Origin: Felis catus
Lineage: Eukaryota
NCBI RefSeq assembly: GCF_018350175.1
Contig: NC_058383.1
Span: 11,534,001-11,598,000 of the forward strand
DNA length: 64,000 nucleotides
Direction: 5' to 3'
Shown: positions 37,321-50,979 of the stretch, piece after piece
How the letters are laid out: every line of letters begins with the position of its first letter
Position numbering within the stretch: the first letter of the stretch is position 1
Notes under the pieces: model-generated
Seen by the model: only the letters and a program-made list of their open reading frames with translations
What the model was told of the DNA's origin: nothing
The model's database searches: none
Program-made: the position numbers and the translations under genes

Positions 37321-38784
37321 AATAGCTACACAACCTTCTCTTCCTGTGAGAGGTCCTCCAATCTTGGCCTGTTTCAATACATTCTTCGAGTTAGAAGGTT
37401 CTTTGGGGTGAGGCCTCAGCTCTCCATGATGGCCCGGACATTTTCCCCCTCTTCCTAGGCAGACTCTCCAGTCTCATGGCTGAGACTCGTTCATGGCTCG
37501 TTCACCTGCAGCCACACTGAATGAGTCGTAGATTTTCACGGGTTCCAGAGTTTTTGCCTTCAGCACTTTGCGTGTCCCTTTTCTTCCTCCTCTTCGGGGT
37601 ACCTTTATATCCTTTATCTGGCTCGTCCCTATTCTTCCTCCAGGCCCCAGCCAGACTCAGCTTGCCCTCCTGGACACTGTGTGTCCCTGAGTTGCTAAGG
37701 CTGTTGAGGCACGTGCCCTCTTGAAGAGGCTGTATGGGAATGAGAGCCAACAACCACAACAAGATTATGTTCAAGGTGGGGATAGAAACGGGAGCGACAG
37801 GGAAGAACGCACCAGACTCTGCCAGCCCTTTGGGCTTGGGTCAGATATCCCATGGGACAGAGGCAGAAAAGGGGGAGCTGGCTCCTTCCTTCCCGGAAGG
37901 TGGATGAGTCAGGAGTGCAGTACGCCAAGGACTGGGGTGTCAAAGACCCGTTCTCCAACCACCGCACCCCAACGAGCTCCCTGTCTCTGCTGGACATGTT
38001 CGGGTGCCCCCAAGCAATGCCTTTGAAAGGCTTTGTGCACTTTAAAGTGGTGGTTTTATCTAATTTCGAAGTTGTAGCTGCAATTAGATCTGTCCAGATA
38101 ATTAACTCCAATTTACCAGTTTGCCACTAGTAATTAATTACGAAAGTCCGTCCAGCGAGCCTTGGAAAGGAAAGTCGTTCCTCCAAGAATGGAGGCTTGG
38201 TTCTGAAGGGTTGGAGACATGGCCACCGTTGGGGCTTTGTTTTCCCTGTGACCCACTGTGGTTCCGGCTCGTGCACAGGACGCTGGTGGCTCATTGAGTT
38301 CATAAGAACCAACGATCGGCGGGGACAGGGTTTGTGGGTAGGGAGGCACCCCCTTCTCCTTTTGCTAGGCCGCCTTGCTGTTCTGGGGTACGGTCTGTCA
38401 AAAAGCATTCACCTGCTTCACCACGGAGCATCTTCTGGGCCTGGAACTGGCGCTGTGGACACCATTTTCCTACGGACTCTTGGCGAGGAATCTCGAAGGA
38501 GTCAGGGCTGGGCTCTGAGCTCAGTTGTTTTGGGGTGTGGCTGGTGCTATGATGTGCGGATGTTTCGATTTCCCAACTCAACCAAGAAGTGTCAATTTCC
38601 CCTAAACCTACACTCAAAGATATTGGCAGTTTTTTCCAGAGGGCTACGTCAACCTATGATCTAGAGCAGCCAGCCTCCCCCCTGGAAGCATATTAAAATC
38701 AGCTTTCCCACCACGAATGCTTAAAGAAATACTCATCACCACTGTCACGGGGCGGACAAGGCTGGTCTTTTCAAAAACCGGATC

Positions 38785-39720
38785 AATCAGGTATCTCTCG
38801 CAGCAAAATGAACCTTGACCCTTGCCTCACACAATATCCCCAAGTCCATTCCAGCTGGATCGTAGAGTTGAATACAAAAGAAGAAATGCACAGCTTATAG
38901 CAGGCAATACGGGAACATTTTCATGGCTTTGGGGCAGCCAAAACTTATGCAAGTCTCAAAAAACGCTTGTCACAAGGAGAAGGATGTATCAATTAGAGTT
39001 CACTACAATTAGGAGGTTCTGTTCATCAGGAGACATGAACTAAGGAAGCAAAAAGGCAAACTGCAGAGCGAGGGAAGACGTATGCCGTAAATATATCCCC
39101 ATCGGCCCATATAGCAAGTGTTTATTGAACGACAAATCTATACAAAACCCTGACACCCCAATTTAAAGGTTGGGCAAAAGAGGAACCTCACAAACTAATA
39201 TATCCCAATGCCAACAAGCACGTGAAGCGTGTTCCCCATTATGGCATCAGGAAAAGGCAAATTAAACCCCAAATGTAGTCCTGCTCTACACCAACATTTA
39301 TAAGGCCGTGTGGATGTGGGACGGCTGGATCATCATGCACCGTTTGGGGAGAAGGAGTTGGCTTAATTCCTTTGGAAAACTGGCATTTACTACTGGAGAT
39401 GAACCCACATATATGCCATGACCCAGCAATTTCAGTCCTGGTTATATATCCAAGAGAAAAGAATCTCCATTTGTACAAAGTTGGACAGCGGGCAATTTTG
39501 TGGGGACGGAAGTCAACATAGTGGTCACCTGGGGGGTGGGGATCAAAGAGTGGGAAAATGCAGGAGGTGAGCCTTTGGAAGGCTGGCTGTGTTCTAGATC
39601 TTCTCTTAGGCAGTGACTCCAAGGGGAAGTTCGCTTTCTGAAACATTTTGTGGGGCCGTACGTGGAAGATTTGTGTCATGTACACATAGCAAATCGATTT
39701 GCTATTCTTTAATATGAAAA
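38785..39720 (+). mobile_element. Old L1 (L1ME/L1MC-like) ORF2 3' fragments and 3' UTR
   Basis: 'aaaatgaaccttgacccttgcctcacac', 'ttctgttcatcaggagaca', 'ttggaaaactggca', 'atgacccagcaatttcagtcctggttatatatccaagagaaa'. Confidence 0.8.
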
Positions 39721-41182
39721 TGTTTTTTTCCCAAAACAAATGCTGGCCCTTGGTCCTCACCCTGCACTGAATGGGAACATCGGAGGAGGTCCTGGTGACT
39801 TTCAGCTCTCCAGGCGATGTTTAACATGCGGCCAGGGTTGAGAATCCCCACCCCGGACCGAGAATCAATGTCGTTCCCTTAGACATCACTCATTACTTGG
39901 CCCCATGTGCACCTGGTTTGGGGAGCCCCGTTCAGTTGTTAGACCCCTGAAGGTGCTAGGATTTGAACCTCGGCCCCTGCGTGTTCAGAACCGAGAGATC
40001 ACAGGCCCCGAGGAAGGAATGAGAAACATTTGACTAGGTAATTTACAGGAGGGGCGCGGTGGCTGAGAAGCGAATGATGCTTGCCTTTCTAACTGGCACC
40101 CGGTGCAAGACGTTCCCCTCACCCTGCTTTTTTATGTTTTGAATAGAGAGGTTCGAATTTATGTTATAATCATGAGTGCTTTTTTTTTTTTTTTTTGGCA
40201 TCTCACCTCAAGTAGGGTCTCAGATCAAGCCTGCCTCATAACAGTAATACACGGGAGGATGCGTTTTGTCTTGCCTCAGTATTTCCTACCACCCTTCCTG
40301 ATGTACAGCCCTGTAGGAGAACTCCAGACTGGGGATCTTCCTCAGAAAGGTGTTATGAGTTGAGCTTAGTTAGGCAAGTGGCAGAGTGAATGCATAAGCA
40401 GTGATTTTGCATAATGAGGCGTGTGAAATCCCACTGGAGGTTGTTAAAACAGCAGACAGACTGCGGTAAACAAGGTGGAAGGTAGGCTTTGAAAACAGAT
40501 GGCTTTGAAAACCTGGCAAAGCCCTGTTTCAGACTTTTAAGAACCGGTTTCGTTAGCGCAAGCTATTTCTTAAAAAAATTCTACATGCATATTTTAAAGT
40601 TCTGTTTTAATGATAAAGTTCTGTGGGTAATTGAACATCAGTTTGCATCCTGCTGTAAACATGCTAACAACCAGATGTGATGGACAGCTTGCACAGAGAC
40701 CTGGACCCGTTGTACATTTGGATTCAAATGTGTTATTTGGGTTTTGAGCTGGGGTGGTTTTGCAGATTTCTACCCTGAGTGTCTGTGTGGCCATGACCCA
40801 CCCTCCTTGCTAAGTGGGCCTCCTGGGTGCCTCCTGCCCATAACCAGAGATGCTCCAGGCTTTCTCCTGCATCTGCCTTCATTTCCTTCAGGAAATGAGC
40901 CTGATCCCTTGCCCTTCCGGCCTCACTTGTATAACTCCCAACCTTATTCTCCTTTCCTCCCAACACACCTCCAACCGTATTTGAAGACAGCCTCGTCTCT
41001 TGAGTCACTCTGTCTTAGTACGAGCTGAACCCTTGGGCTAGCGTACCCTTCTTTTGATAGTTCCCAAATTCTTAATGGGGTCACCAATTAGAGAGCCATT
41101 TCTAGATGTTCTGACCTCTCCCAAGTGATAGAATTACTTAGCTCTGAATTCAAGGCTGCCTGTCTTCTTCAGACAATAGAGA

Positions 41183-41319
41183 CCTTTTTTTTCCTTCCTT
41201 CCTTCCTTCCTTCCTTCCTTCCTTCCTTCCTTCCTTCCTTCCTCCTTCCTTCCTTCCTTCCTTCCTTCCTTCCTTCCTTCCTCCTTCCTTCCTTCCTTCC
41301 TTCCTCCCTCCTTTCTTTT

Positions 41320-41379
<60 letters not shown>

Positions 41380-41403
41380 TTTTTCTTTCTTTCTTTTTTT
41401 CTT

Positions 41404-41434
<31 letters not shown>

Positions 41435-41512
41435 TTCTCTTTCTTTCTTTCTTTCTTTCTTTCTTTCCTTTCTTTTTCTTTCTTTCTTTCTCTCTTTCTC
41501 TTTCTCTCTTTC

Positions 41513-41552
<40 letters not shown>

Positions 41553-41623
41553 TTCCCTCCTTCCTTCCTTCCTTCCTTCCTTCCTTCCTTCCTTCCTTCC
41601 TTCCTTCCTTCCTTCCTTCTTCC
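41183..41623. repeat. Compound (CCTT)n-(CTTT)n-(CCTT)n polypyrimidine tract
   Basis: 441 consecutive pyrimidines on the + strand. Confidence 0.98.
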
Positions 41624-41719
41624 ACATAGAGCAAAACTCCTTCAACCACACTCTACTTGACCAACCAAATGATAACAGCAAAGACTTAGTACTTGCTCCA
41701 TTCCAAGAATATTCTCAAT

Positions 41720-41890
41720 ACTTTACTTCTTGTTAAGTGATTTGGTCTTTACAACAATATGAGGTAGATACCACTGCAACTCTGTCCTGTAGATGGGGAA
41801 ACTGAGGCACAGAGAGGTTTAAGTGCTTGCTCAAGTTCGTCCAGCTAATACGGGGCAAAGCTGGGGCTGGAACTCAGCTGCTTGCTTACT
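41720..41890 (-). mobile_element. MIR
   Basis: 'gtagatggggaaactgaggcacagagaggtttaagtgcttgctcaagttc..cagctaat' canonical reverse MIR core. Confidence 0.85.
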
Positions 41891-42074
41891 GCCTCTCACC
41901 TCTGGGAGACACAATAACTCGTGTTATCATGACCTCTTACAGCTACTCAGCTGCCGTCTGCTGTGACGTGCATGGCCGCCCCCAACTGAGTTGAACGTCC
42001 ATCCACAGTTGGTCACATGTACACCAGCTGCACCTGCTACTGTGATTACACAATTTGATTATTATATAAACAAA

Positions 42075-42485
42075 TGCAGTATGAGCACAAAAAGGAAGAA
42101 AGGGGGTATATGAAAAGCAAATTGAACATTTGAGAGAGTCTCAGTGTAGACAAGAAGTTAAAAATGTGGCTGTCAAATTAGGCTGGATGTGGTCACTGGG
42201 AAAGGTTGGGGAGGGGTGTAGGGTTCTTCCCAGATCCCTTCTGCAGTGGCTCAGAGAGATGAACTGATAGCCACAGAAAAGATCCGATGACCATATTACA
42301 GCGTGACCAGGTTAGTGTTTGGGGTGGCCCTCCCGAATTATTAACAGTGCCTCTTTGACTGCCGCAGTTTCCATTATAAAATATATGGTCGCCCCAATCG
42401 TGGGTGTAGTTCACCCACGGAGAGGCACAATACTAACCAGCCAACTCTTCTTCAAAGAAAAGCCCTTGACTGTTCACTGAAAACC
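42075..42485 (+). mobile_element. Second ancient Tigger (Tigger15-like) fossil
   Basis: 'atgagcacaaaaaggaag..atgaaaagcaaattgaa..ttaaaaatgtggctgtcaaattagg' parallels the 15.85-kb HTH segment. 'tcaaagaaaagcccttg' lies downstream. Confidence 0.45.
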
Positions 42486-45400
42486 CAGCCATTATTGAGA
42501 CCTAATACCAGTCTCTGAAAGCAAAGCCTGGAACCCTCCTAGTTCATTGAGAATCTGGGCTTCAGAGAAGGTCCTTTTAAAGACTGTGCTGCATTCAGAA
42601 GGGAACTATTTAGGAAGTTCCCTGCTGGTGTGAGACAGGGAGTGAGATCCTTAAACTTCTCCCACATGGGAGAAAATCAGGTTCCTGCACTTGAAGCGGC
42701 TTCAAGATCAAAGGAATCTGCCCTGGGCTCCAACAGGCTGCCATGATGTTCACGTCTCCATTGACCTGAATTCCAGGAACGCCACCAGAGCAAACATTAA
42801 ATTTGGCTTAGTGTATATAGTCTGGCTTTGGCTCGGGTGTAATGAATAATACATTGGTATTCATTTAGGGTCTGAACAGGGTAAGTGTGACTATTTCAGT
42901 TTTGTGGTTTGAGTTACTACCCAATCACTTGGTAAATCTACTTACCCGGGTTAAATCTGGGGGTTGTCACATTTGTTCATTTTGCTCCTTTTTTTTAGCG
43001 CTCTCATTCTGAAAAGCAATTGTTTGCTCAGATATCCTTTCTCTGTTGAGAAATAGGTTTCTTAAGGATGAATGTTTGTCGAGGCGATTTTCCAGGAATG
43101 GTGCTAGGTCGTCTGGGTCTGTGATCTCATTTAACGATCAGTGGAATCCAGGGGTCGGAGGGTTTTGTGTCTCATGTACTGATGAGGCTGGAGCTCACAG
43201 ATGGGAAACGATTGCCCGTAGTCACATAGGCAGGAGGTCAAAGTGCCATGAGTCGATCCAGGACTTCCTGCTCTCAGACCTTTATGCTTTCGCTCCTTCT
43301 GTTGCTGTGTTTCCTCCGTGCCACCCTACATGATCCTTCACAGATGCCATCGATCAACAATAAAACGGCTTTGGTATCAGTGTGTTGCCGGTCAGATCGA
43401 TGGGTCTTCCTTGACCTCACGGCCCACGACCCACTTCTTCCCAGCCTGGCTTTGTCACCTGGCCCTCCACGGTGTGTGTCCTCTTCCTCCGACCACACCG
43501 TAAGCTCCTTGGGAGCAGGGGCCCTCTTGACCGCCTTCTGGGTTCCTACACTAAGCGGCGCATCCAGGGATAATGAGCATCCGACTTAATTCGTCTTGAA
43601 CGGGCAGCAGGAGTCTTTGAACAAACGTCTCTGTCTGGTGTGTGGTCAGACCGACTTGGAGACTTGGCCACCGCCAGGCAGAGGTGACCAGGACAGAGGA
43701 GGGCAGAGCCTCGATCTTCCATAGCAAGGAACCATGACCCCGAGCCTGCTCTCTGGGCACTGCCTCAGAGCCCTACCCTGAGATGCGCAGTTCCCCAGGT
43801 TTGAGGCCTGGGATCCCACGCCATGTGTCTTTTCGCCTTTGATATCTGGAGCCAGGGCTGGATTCATACTCTTCTGTGGCCGGGATTTGGAATGTGCCGT
43901 CAGTCACGATCCTCCCTCCTGGTGCCAGTCTCTGTGGCACGCTGGAGGTAATGACAACTTTCTGAGTCCAGACTTCTGTCCCTGTTCCTCTTGTGCCTTT
44001 TCGTGCTCTGATTGTCCAACCAGGTTAATATTAGATGCTCTCGCTAGGTTAAGTGTTTTCGTGGAATCCCAACACCTCAACCTCCAACTCCAGCACGGGC
44101 ACCCCGGTGACTGTCTGTCTGGAGATGGTCTCCGACAGAGCCTTAGGTCCCAGGCACACGATGCTTAGGCAGCCTTCCCATCCCATAGGGATATGCTAAG
44201 TGTCCGTGTCTGGCACCATGATTTATCCTTGGAAGGAGATGTGGATCAGCTTGCTTTCAATAAATAGAATTTAAACCAAGATGCTTCTGTATAATTATGT
44301 TTCCTAATTATATTACTCGCCGCCTGTGGGCAAAACACAAAAATCTTCCAGTTGTACCAAAGGAAACCTGATGAGCTGAGCTCCTGGGCAAACCCAATGC
44401 ATGTGGCAGATTAAACCTGGGAAAATGAGAGCCCCTCATGGGGGGACTTGGGTGAAGGGGTAAGAAGGTCTTTATGATAGTTTCCAGCTCTGATGTCCTA
44501 GAATTCCGTCATGGCGCTTTTCTTGTGTATATATTTATGTCGAGTACACGTGTGCTGACATCCATTCTGACTGGGCCAGCGTTTGCTCTGCTGGATGGGT
44601 GATCTTCTGACTAGCTCCCAGTCTCTAGCCTTTATGGTCAATTGCACTCAGGTATCGCCCTTGAGTATATCACTCAAGAGATATCATCTTCCGGGAAATA
44701 TGTGACTTGCATTTGAGATTCCATCCAAGTGCTTTTGGAAGCACTTACATCATCGAGCTAATGATAGCATAGGGCTCCAGGTGCTGCCAGTGTTCGTGTT
44801 CTCTGGCTGGTGTTGTGCCTATTCGAGTAGGGTCACTAGAGTCCCCAGTTCATGGACCAGTTCAAGTTCCTCAGACTGTTGGAGGCCTTCCCTAAATGGG
44901 CACCCTTTTCCTGGATCCTGTGACACTTGTAGTGTTTCTCAGAATGATCTTCTGTCAGTGAGGGAGGCCCCATGTCTCCCGCAAAGCCAGGCGCATCATT
45001 GGTGACCCCACATTACTTGGGGATTGATTTGTTTCAGAGGAACAGAGAAAGAAAAAAAAACACTTGATGGCCACATTTGCTTGGGACACTTATTTTCAGA
45101 GTTACAAGTCTAGATGACCTGGTCTCTCAATGTCCTATTCCATTTTTTTAATTAATTTTTAGATTTACCCCCTGCCACACAAGGCATCACTTAAGAGAGT
45201 GAGTCTCCAGCTCCTTCTATTTCAGACTCTTGGTTCTGAACTGCCCATGTCTCCATTGCTGACATTGGCTTCCATTCTGCCCACGGTCGTCTATCCTCCT
45301 GACTTCTGATTTTGACATTCACTTCCCCAGTTTGGCTTTGCCCTTTCCCTGAGGCTTTAGGCTTAACACCAACTTTATGGCCATGGCCTTGGCCTCTCCA

Positions 45401-45709
45401 TAAACCATGTTTCTCTCTTCCTTCCAGCTGGGATCCTTTGGCCTGCTCAAAGTAGACTCTTCTTCCCAGGGCTGCCACTTACCTTGACTTTTTCGGCTAC
45501 CTTTGATTCACACTGTAATCTAAGAGAAATTGCACAGAGCTGTGATTTATCAGTGGTCAGGCAAAGGGACAGCAGTAGAGACAAAGTGATGGATAAGATG
45601 TTAGCACTATCATTTGAAGACCCTTGGTGTTGACTTAAGATGGCGATAGCGGGCAAAGACTTCTGTTTTCTTATAGTGGCTAAGAATGTACATAGAAACC
45701 CCAAAGTCT

Positions 45710-46045
45710 CCCCATTGAAGTATAATATGCATAAAGTATATAATCATACACAAGCATATGTAAATGCCTAGGTCTATATATTTTCAGAAAGTGAACACAC
45801 CCATCTCCAGTGGGTCCCAGTCTCCCCAGATGAACCCCTTTGATCGGCCCTTTCAGTCTTTACCCTTATTCCCAGGGTAACCACTGTCCTGATTCCTAAC
45901 AGCATAGATTACCTTTGCCCGTGTTAGTGCTTTATCTTCCAGAACCATAATACTGTTATGTAATAGAACCATAGATATGTAGTCTGGTATCTACCCTCTT
46001 TCACTCAAACTTAGGCATATGGGATCCATCCACGTTGTGGAGACT
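45710..46045 (-). mobile_element. Old L1 (L1ME-like) 3' UTR
   Basis: 'ttgaagtataat', 'aaagtgaacacaccca', 'ggtaaccactgtcctgattcctaacagcatagatta', 'ctttcactcaa', 'gatccatccacgttg'. Confidence 0.78.
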
Positions 46046-46474
46046 AACTATAAGTGACTCAGTTTTGAAACCACTTGAAACCGCGAAAATTTCAAAGCCA
46101 TGAGAAAAAAAAATCCCTTACTTTTTATTGCTTGTTGATACCCGGTGGCTAATATTCTTCAGTGCATATATGCCCTTCAATATCTGAAAGCTACCATTTT
46201 CTTGGTTGTACAAACCCTACGGTTAGGAAACACGAGGAAAGCTACCGGGGTGTTCTCAATTGTTATTTATTGGTTCAAGTACCAGGGACCTGCTGTGACA
46301 CCCAAACACAAACCCCATGCCTCCTGGACGCGGTCTTACGCACTGCAGTCATTTTATACCCAGGAGTGTGTTCGTGTGGGGGGAGGGCCAGGGCTCCCTG
46401 TCGTGGTCTCCACGTACCTCCACGTGGCTGAAAACCATCACAGCCACCTGTTCTGTGCTTTGCCCTGGTACTTA

Positions 46475-46640
46475 CTTCTATGACCTCATCCTGTCCTCGC
46501 AATCGTCCCCTGAAAAAACCATCGGTCATCCCATGGGATAGGTCGATAGGACTGAGGCTCTGAGAGATTAAACGGCTTGTCCAGATCGCACAGGGCACTA
46601 GGATTTAACTCGTCCCGTGTCCTCATTTTGTCTCTCTGTA
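46475..46640 (-). mobile_element. MIR
   Basis: 'actgaggctctgagagattaaacggcttgtccagatcgcacag..ctaggatttaactc'. Confidence 0.7.
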
Positions 46641-48649
46641 GATGACTCCTCTGAGCATATGCCCTATGACACAGAGCTGACAAAACCCAGGAACTCTTAG
46701 GTAGGAGGCTTGAATAGTCGATAGAGTCATCAGCTGATAAAACCCAGAGGAGAGGCAGGCGTCTGGGCCCAATCCCGGGTTAAGCTAGCTGCTGTCATGC
46801 TAGAAGCCTTCAGAATCCCCAGAGTCACAGTGCAATCACGATCCCCTCCTTTGAGCTGCCCAGCAGATCTCGAGCTGGTGAAATCCTCGCCATGACCCCT
46901 TCCTGGCAGAGGTGCATGTGGTCAAAGGGACGGGCAGAGGGGGGCTTGGGAACCTGGCCTGGGATGTGAGAAGTGGAACAGGGTAGCATCAGGAACAGTT
47001 CCCGTGGCGACTGGGAACCAGACCAGGCCAGAGTGAAAACAGGGAGTTAGTTCCTCATCTGTCCCCGTCGAGGCTGTTAGCGAAGGCAGTGGGGGTTGGC
47101 TAATACAACTCCCAAGACCTACTTGATTGTCTTCGGGATAATGCTCTGATCATGCCTTCTGAGAGTTCATTTAAACTTGGACTTTTTATTTTGTCTAGAG
47201 GCTGTTGTCACAGCCTTCTCATGGGCTGCTTCTGCGTCCTGACCTCCTTCCTTCACTCACCTGTCCCTTGTCGCCCTGGTGACAGTCGGGCTTCCCTGCT
47301 GTCCTCTGTAACCCTTTGTGGTCCAGCCTTTTCGTCCATGTCTCTAGTCTGGCGTGAAGTGGCTCCACGATCACCTCTGTAGCATTCCCATTCGCCGACA
47401 TGACCCCTGTGTTCCCATCAGGCTGGATTACATTCGGTTTCCCCAGAGCATTAGGCACTTTCACGCCCGGACACTCTTCACGTGATACGTAAGTTCTCCC
47501 TGCGGTTCCGTTTACCTGCTTCTTCGCTGGACAACTCATCTCTTCGGGGGAAGGTACGGCGTAGCCATCTCCCTGGAGGCATTTCCCACTTCCACTGGGG
47601 GTGGTCCTGCCGGTAGCCTTGCTTCCTTCTGTCCAGTTCTGGCACACTCTGTCACTTTGTCCCTCGGTTTCTCCCTTTAGATTATGTGTTCCTTAGATCT
47701 TGGGCTTCTGGCAGGGTTATGAGCCATAATTTAGTAAACGTTTCGGAAATAGAGAGCACACAGATCCATTGTGCTGACTCCTGGCAGGTGGACACGGCAG
47801 GTGCTTCGTGGGTGGAGAAAAGAAGCCAGACCACCTGAACAGCTGTGCCCCAGAGATTCTGCCGGGCAGACTACAAATCTTGGAGGACTCCCCACACCAG
47901 TGTGCCGCTCAGGGCGTGTTTGAGCTCTGTGTGCTATTCGGGGAGTTTTCTCTATTTCTCGAGTGGATGGATCTATTCCCCGCGAACGGAGCCTGGTGTC
48001 CATTGCATGCCAGGGGAAGGACGAAGGGCGTACTCTTGGGGTTTGTTAAACGGCTGCCAGCTGCCCTGACTTCATTGGGTGTTACTCTATCGGATCGTGG
48101 ATAAAGAGGATTTTTCAGAGTCCATTTTCTCCTTCTTAACTGTTCTTGTTAAAAAAAATAATAACAATAACAAAAGAAACCCCCCCCAAACCCCCAGCCT
48201 AATGTCTGCTCAGCTCCCAGGTCCTTGCTAGCAAAGCTTGCTACACACGGGGGCAGTAGCACGCCACCGACCCGCTCCAGAGCACCCACGGGAGCTGATT
48301 TATGAATCTGGAGCATTCACCGGGAGTTTCAACTCTAGTTGGATATTTTCCGTTTCGTCTACGTCGGCGAGAAATATCACTTAAGACAAAGTCGAAAATA
48401 AATTAAGCGGGGAACCACATAAAGAAGTTTGTATTTGCTTTTCTGACACCGGTTGTGAATTTTTATACTTCGAGTGTTTTCAGGCTGGCTCACAAACCCC
48501 CCCACCCCCCGTTTGAATCTGATCGTGCCATAAAGCTGTTCCCATCAGCTTGAGGGTGTTCCCAGAAATTCGAGGTCAAGACGGAAAATCTCTGCATGTC
48601 AACGAATGCCGAGACTGTTCCAGACACCGTCTCATGGAAGCTAGCGTCA

Positions 48650-48740
48650 TTATCCTCAGATACCAGAAGAGGAGTCAGGCTCAGAGAGGTCAAGCACATT
48701 GATCAAGGTCACACAGCTAAAAGACAGAAAGGATCTGTAC
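48650..48740 (-). mobile_element. MIR core
   Basis: 'aggctcagagaggtcaagcacattgatcaaggtcacacagctaa'. Confidence 0.7.
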
Positions 48741-50204
48741 CGTATGTTCCATAATGGCAGCAGGGATGCTTATCTTGTTCACGAATGTATGCCCAACACT
48801 CGGGACAGTGCCCGGCCACGTGGTTGACACTTAATAAATATTTGTCACATAAGTCAATGGCTGAGGGTTTGTTGACTCAAGGGAAATTCTCTTTGTGCCG
48901 TACGGTGCTCAAAGGAGGAAGGATGTTGACAGGCCTTCAAGAGTTCCCAGTGGACGCTCTATTACTGTGGCAGCCTTTGGACTCAAGACGAAAGCTCCGC
49001 CTTCCAGGAATTCTGCAGACTCGCACTCCAGAATCAGAAGGCAGGGGAGAGACATCAGCGCGTCTTAAAGAGTGATTTCTTGCTGAACAAATTCACTGTG
49101 AGGTCAAAGAAGGAAAACAGCACAGTGTGGATTTGGAGCATCAGATTTCATCCTAAGTAAATTGTGTGGAACTGGAGCTAAGGAGTCGTTAGTTACCTAC
49201 GAAGAGGTTAGCGTTTTGATTCCAGTCATGTAAACCCCAGAACCATCCTGGGATGGGCATAAAGAGGCTATATCCCAAGGTGCATCTTCAGGCACGTTGT
49301 TGGACAGGGCGGAGGCCCAGAATGAGGAGTCACTGAAGAACAAATACTCTAGTTGGAAAGGGCCCCCCGATGACCCTAGTTCACACATGCCCGCCTCTCC
49401 GCCTTATTCCAGAATAAGACATCTCACTAATGGAAGGTCAGCCATGGGGGCTGGGGGTCCAAGGGGCTGGGAAGCTTGCCGAGATCCCTTTTGGAGGATG
49501 AGACAGATACACTGAGAGCCCTAGAGATTCTGGGGACATTCCAGAAAGGGAAGACTATGAACCAGGGGCAATGACTGGACCGGAAGCCCTTTGCACACTT
49601 GAAAAAGTTTGCCAATTCAACATGCTTATTATGTCCCCATCTTCTGAGAGCTGTCCTGCAGTGAAAGGCACCATAAACTTAGCCAAGAGACAGGCCTGTG
49701 TGCTTGACTCGGGGGAGCTGGGCAGACTGTGTCTCCCTCCCACAAGTACCTTGGTACCTTTGTCAGGAAGAGAAGGGGCATCGGTACCCAACTCAGGTTG
49801 GACAATGGGCTTCAGGAGGCTCCTAATTCCCTGATGGGCATACACAGTGACTCAGGTCCCAGAGTGCATGCACAGGTATCTACGGGTCTGCATCAGTCAA
49901 CAGTTGAGGCAGCAGCCTTATTAAACACGTTTCTGGATCTCTTGGTGGGTGGAGTCAGGCTGGTTTCTGGCTGGGTTCTTTCGCTCGAAAGGAAAAAAAA
50001 GGACACTTACTGAAGTTCCTTCAGAAGTGGCTGGTAGGGGGGTGTTGGTAAGATCTGTGGAGGCTAGCCCTGGCCCCTAAAGAGAGCAAGAGGGGATGGT
50101 TATTCCCTCCAGCGTTCTCCCTTGTTCTATTGCTACAGGCTGTACTAACGCAAAGTCTTTGACCTCCAAAACTTTTGCTTTAATTTCAAGTTTTGTTAAT
50201 TCTA

Positions 50205-50690
50205 CACGGTGGTTAATTTTACACATCAACTTGACTGGATCATTGGATGCCCAGGTAGTTGGTCAAACATGATTCTTGGGTGCATCTATGAGGTGTTTTT
50301 GGATGAGACTAACGTTCGGTGGGGTCGGCTGAATAAAGCAAGTTGGTCTCCCTAATGTGGGTGGATTTCAGCCAATCTGTAGAAGGCCTGGAAAGAACCA
50401 AAAGCTTTAAGAGGGCACACCTCTCGCTTGACTGTTTGAACTGAGGCACTGGTGTCCTCCTGTCTTGGGACTGGAACCGAAACACCCTCACCTCTTGGAT
50501 CCTGAGTGGGCCAGCTGTCGGGCCGGAACTATAGCATCAACTTTCTTGGGTCTCCAGCTAGCCAACTGCTGATCTTGGAACTTCTCAGCTTCCGTAATTG
50601 CGGGAGCCAATCCCTTTAATTCCTTATAATACAATTCTTTACGTAGATATCCTGTCGGTTCTGTTTCTCTGGAGCATCTTGACTCGTGCA
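50205..50690 (+). mobile_element. ERVL solo LTR, MLT2-like
   Basis: 'gtggttaattttacacatcaacttgactgg', 'tggtcaaacatgattct', 'ctccctaatgtgggtgg', end 'atcctgtcggttctgtttctctggag..tgactcgtgca'. Confidence 0.9.
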
Positions 50691-50979
50691 TCTGCGTTGC
50701 AAATGCTTCTTGAGTCTGCTCTCTTTCCTATCCCCATAACCATGTCCGCTGCCCTCATTTGAGCCGAACTGCTTTGGCTGAAGTTGGGGTGGCGGGGTGA
50801 AGAACTCACCCTCTCCTTACTTCTCTCCCTACTCGTTGTTGCTCCCCGAAGTGGCTAAGGGGGGGCTTTGGCCCCACGGGACACAGTTTGAAGCGAGTGG
50901 TCTACAATATCAGGACCAACTCTTTGGCGTCCAAGTCAAGCAGGACCCGGCCCCCGGGGGCCTCTCCAGCACGGTCTCT

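Noticed and set aside
41125..41736. 203/171/170-aa ORFs (FLPS- and KERK-rich)
   Set aside because: Translations of the stop-free (CCTT)/(CTTT) microsatellite.
47400..47500. Possible coding exon ending at a GTAAGT donor near 47489
   Set aside because: Only one open frame (WITFGFPRALGTFTPGHSSRD), unrecognised, with no partner exons. Isolated donor hexamers are expected by chance.
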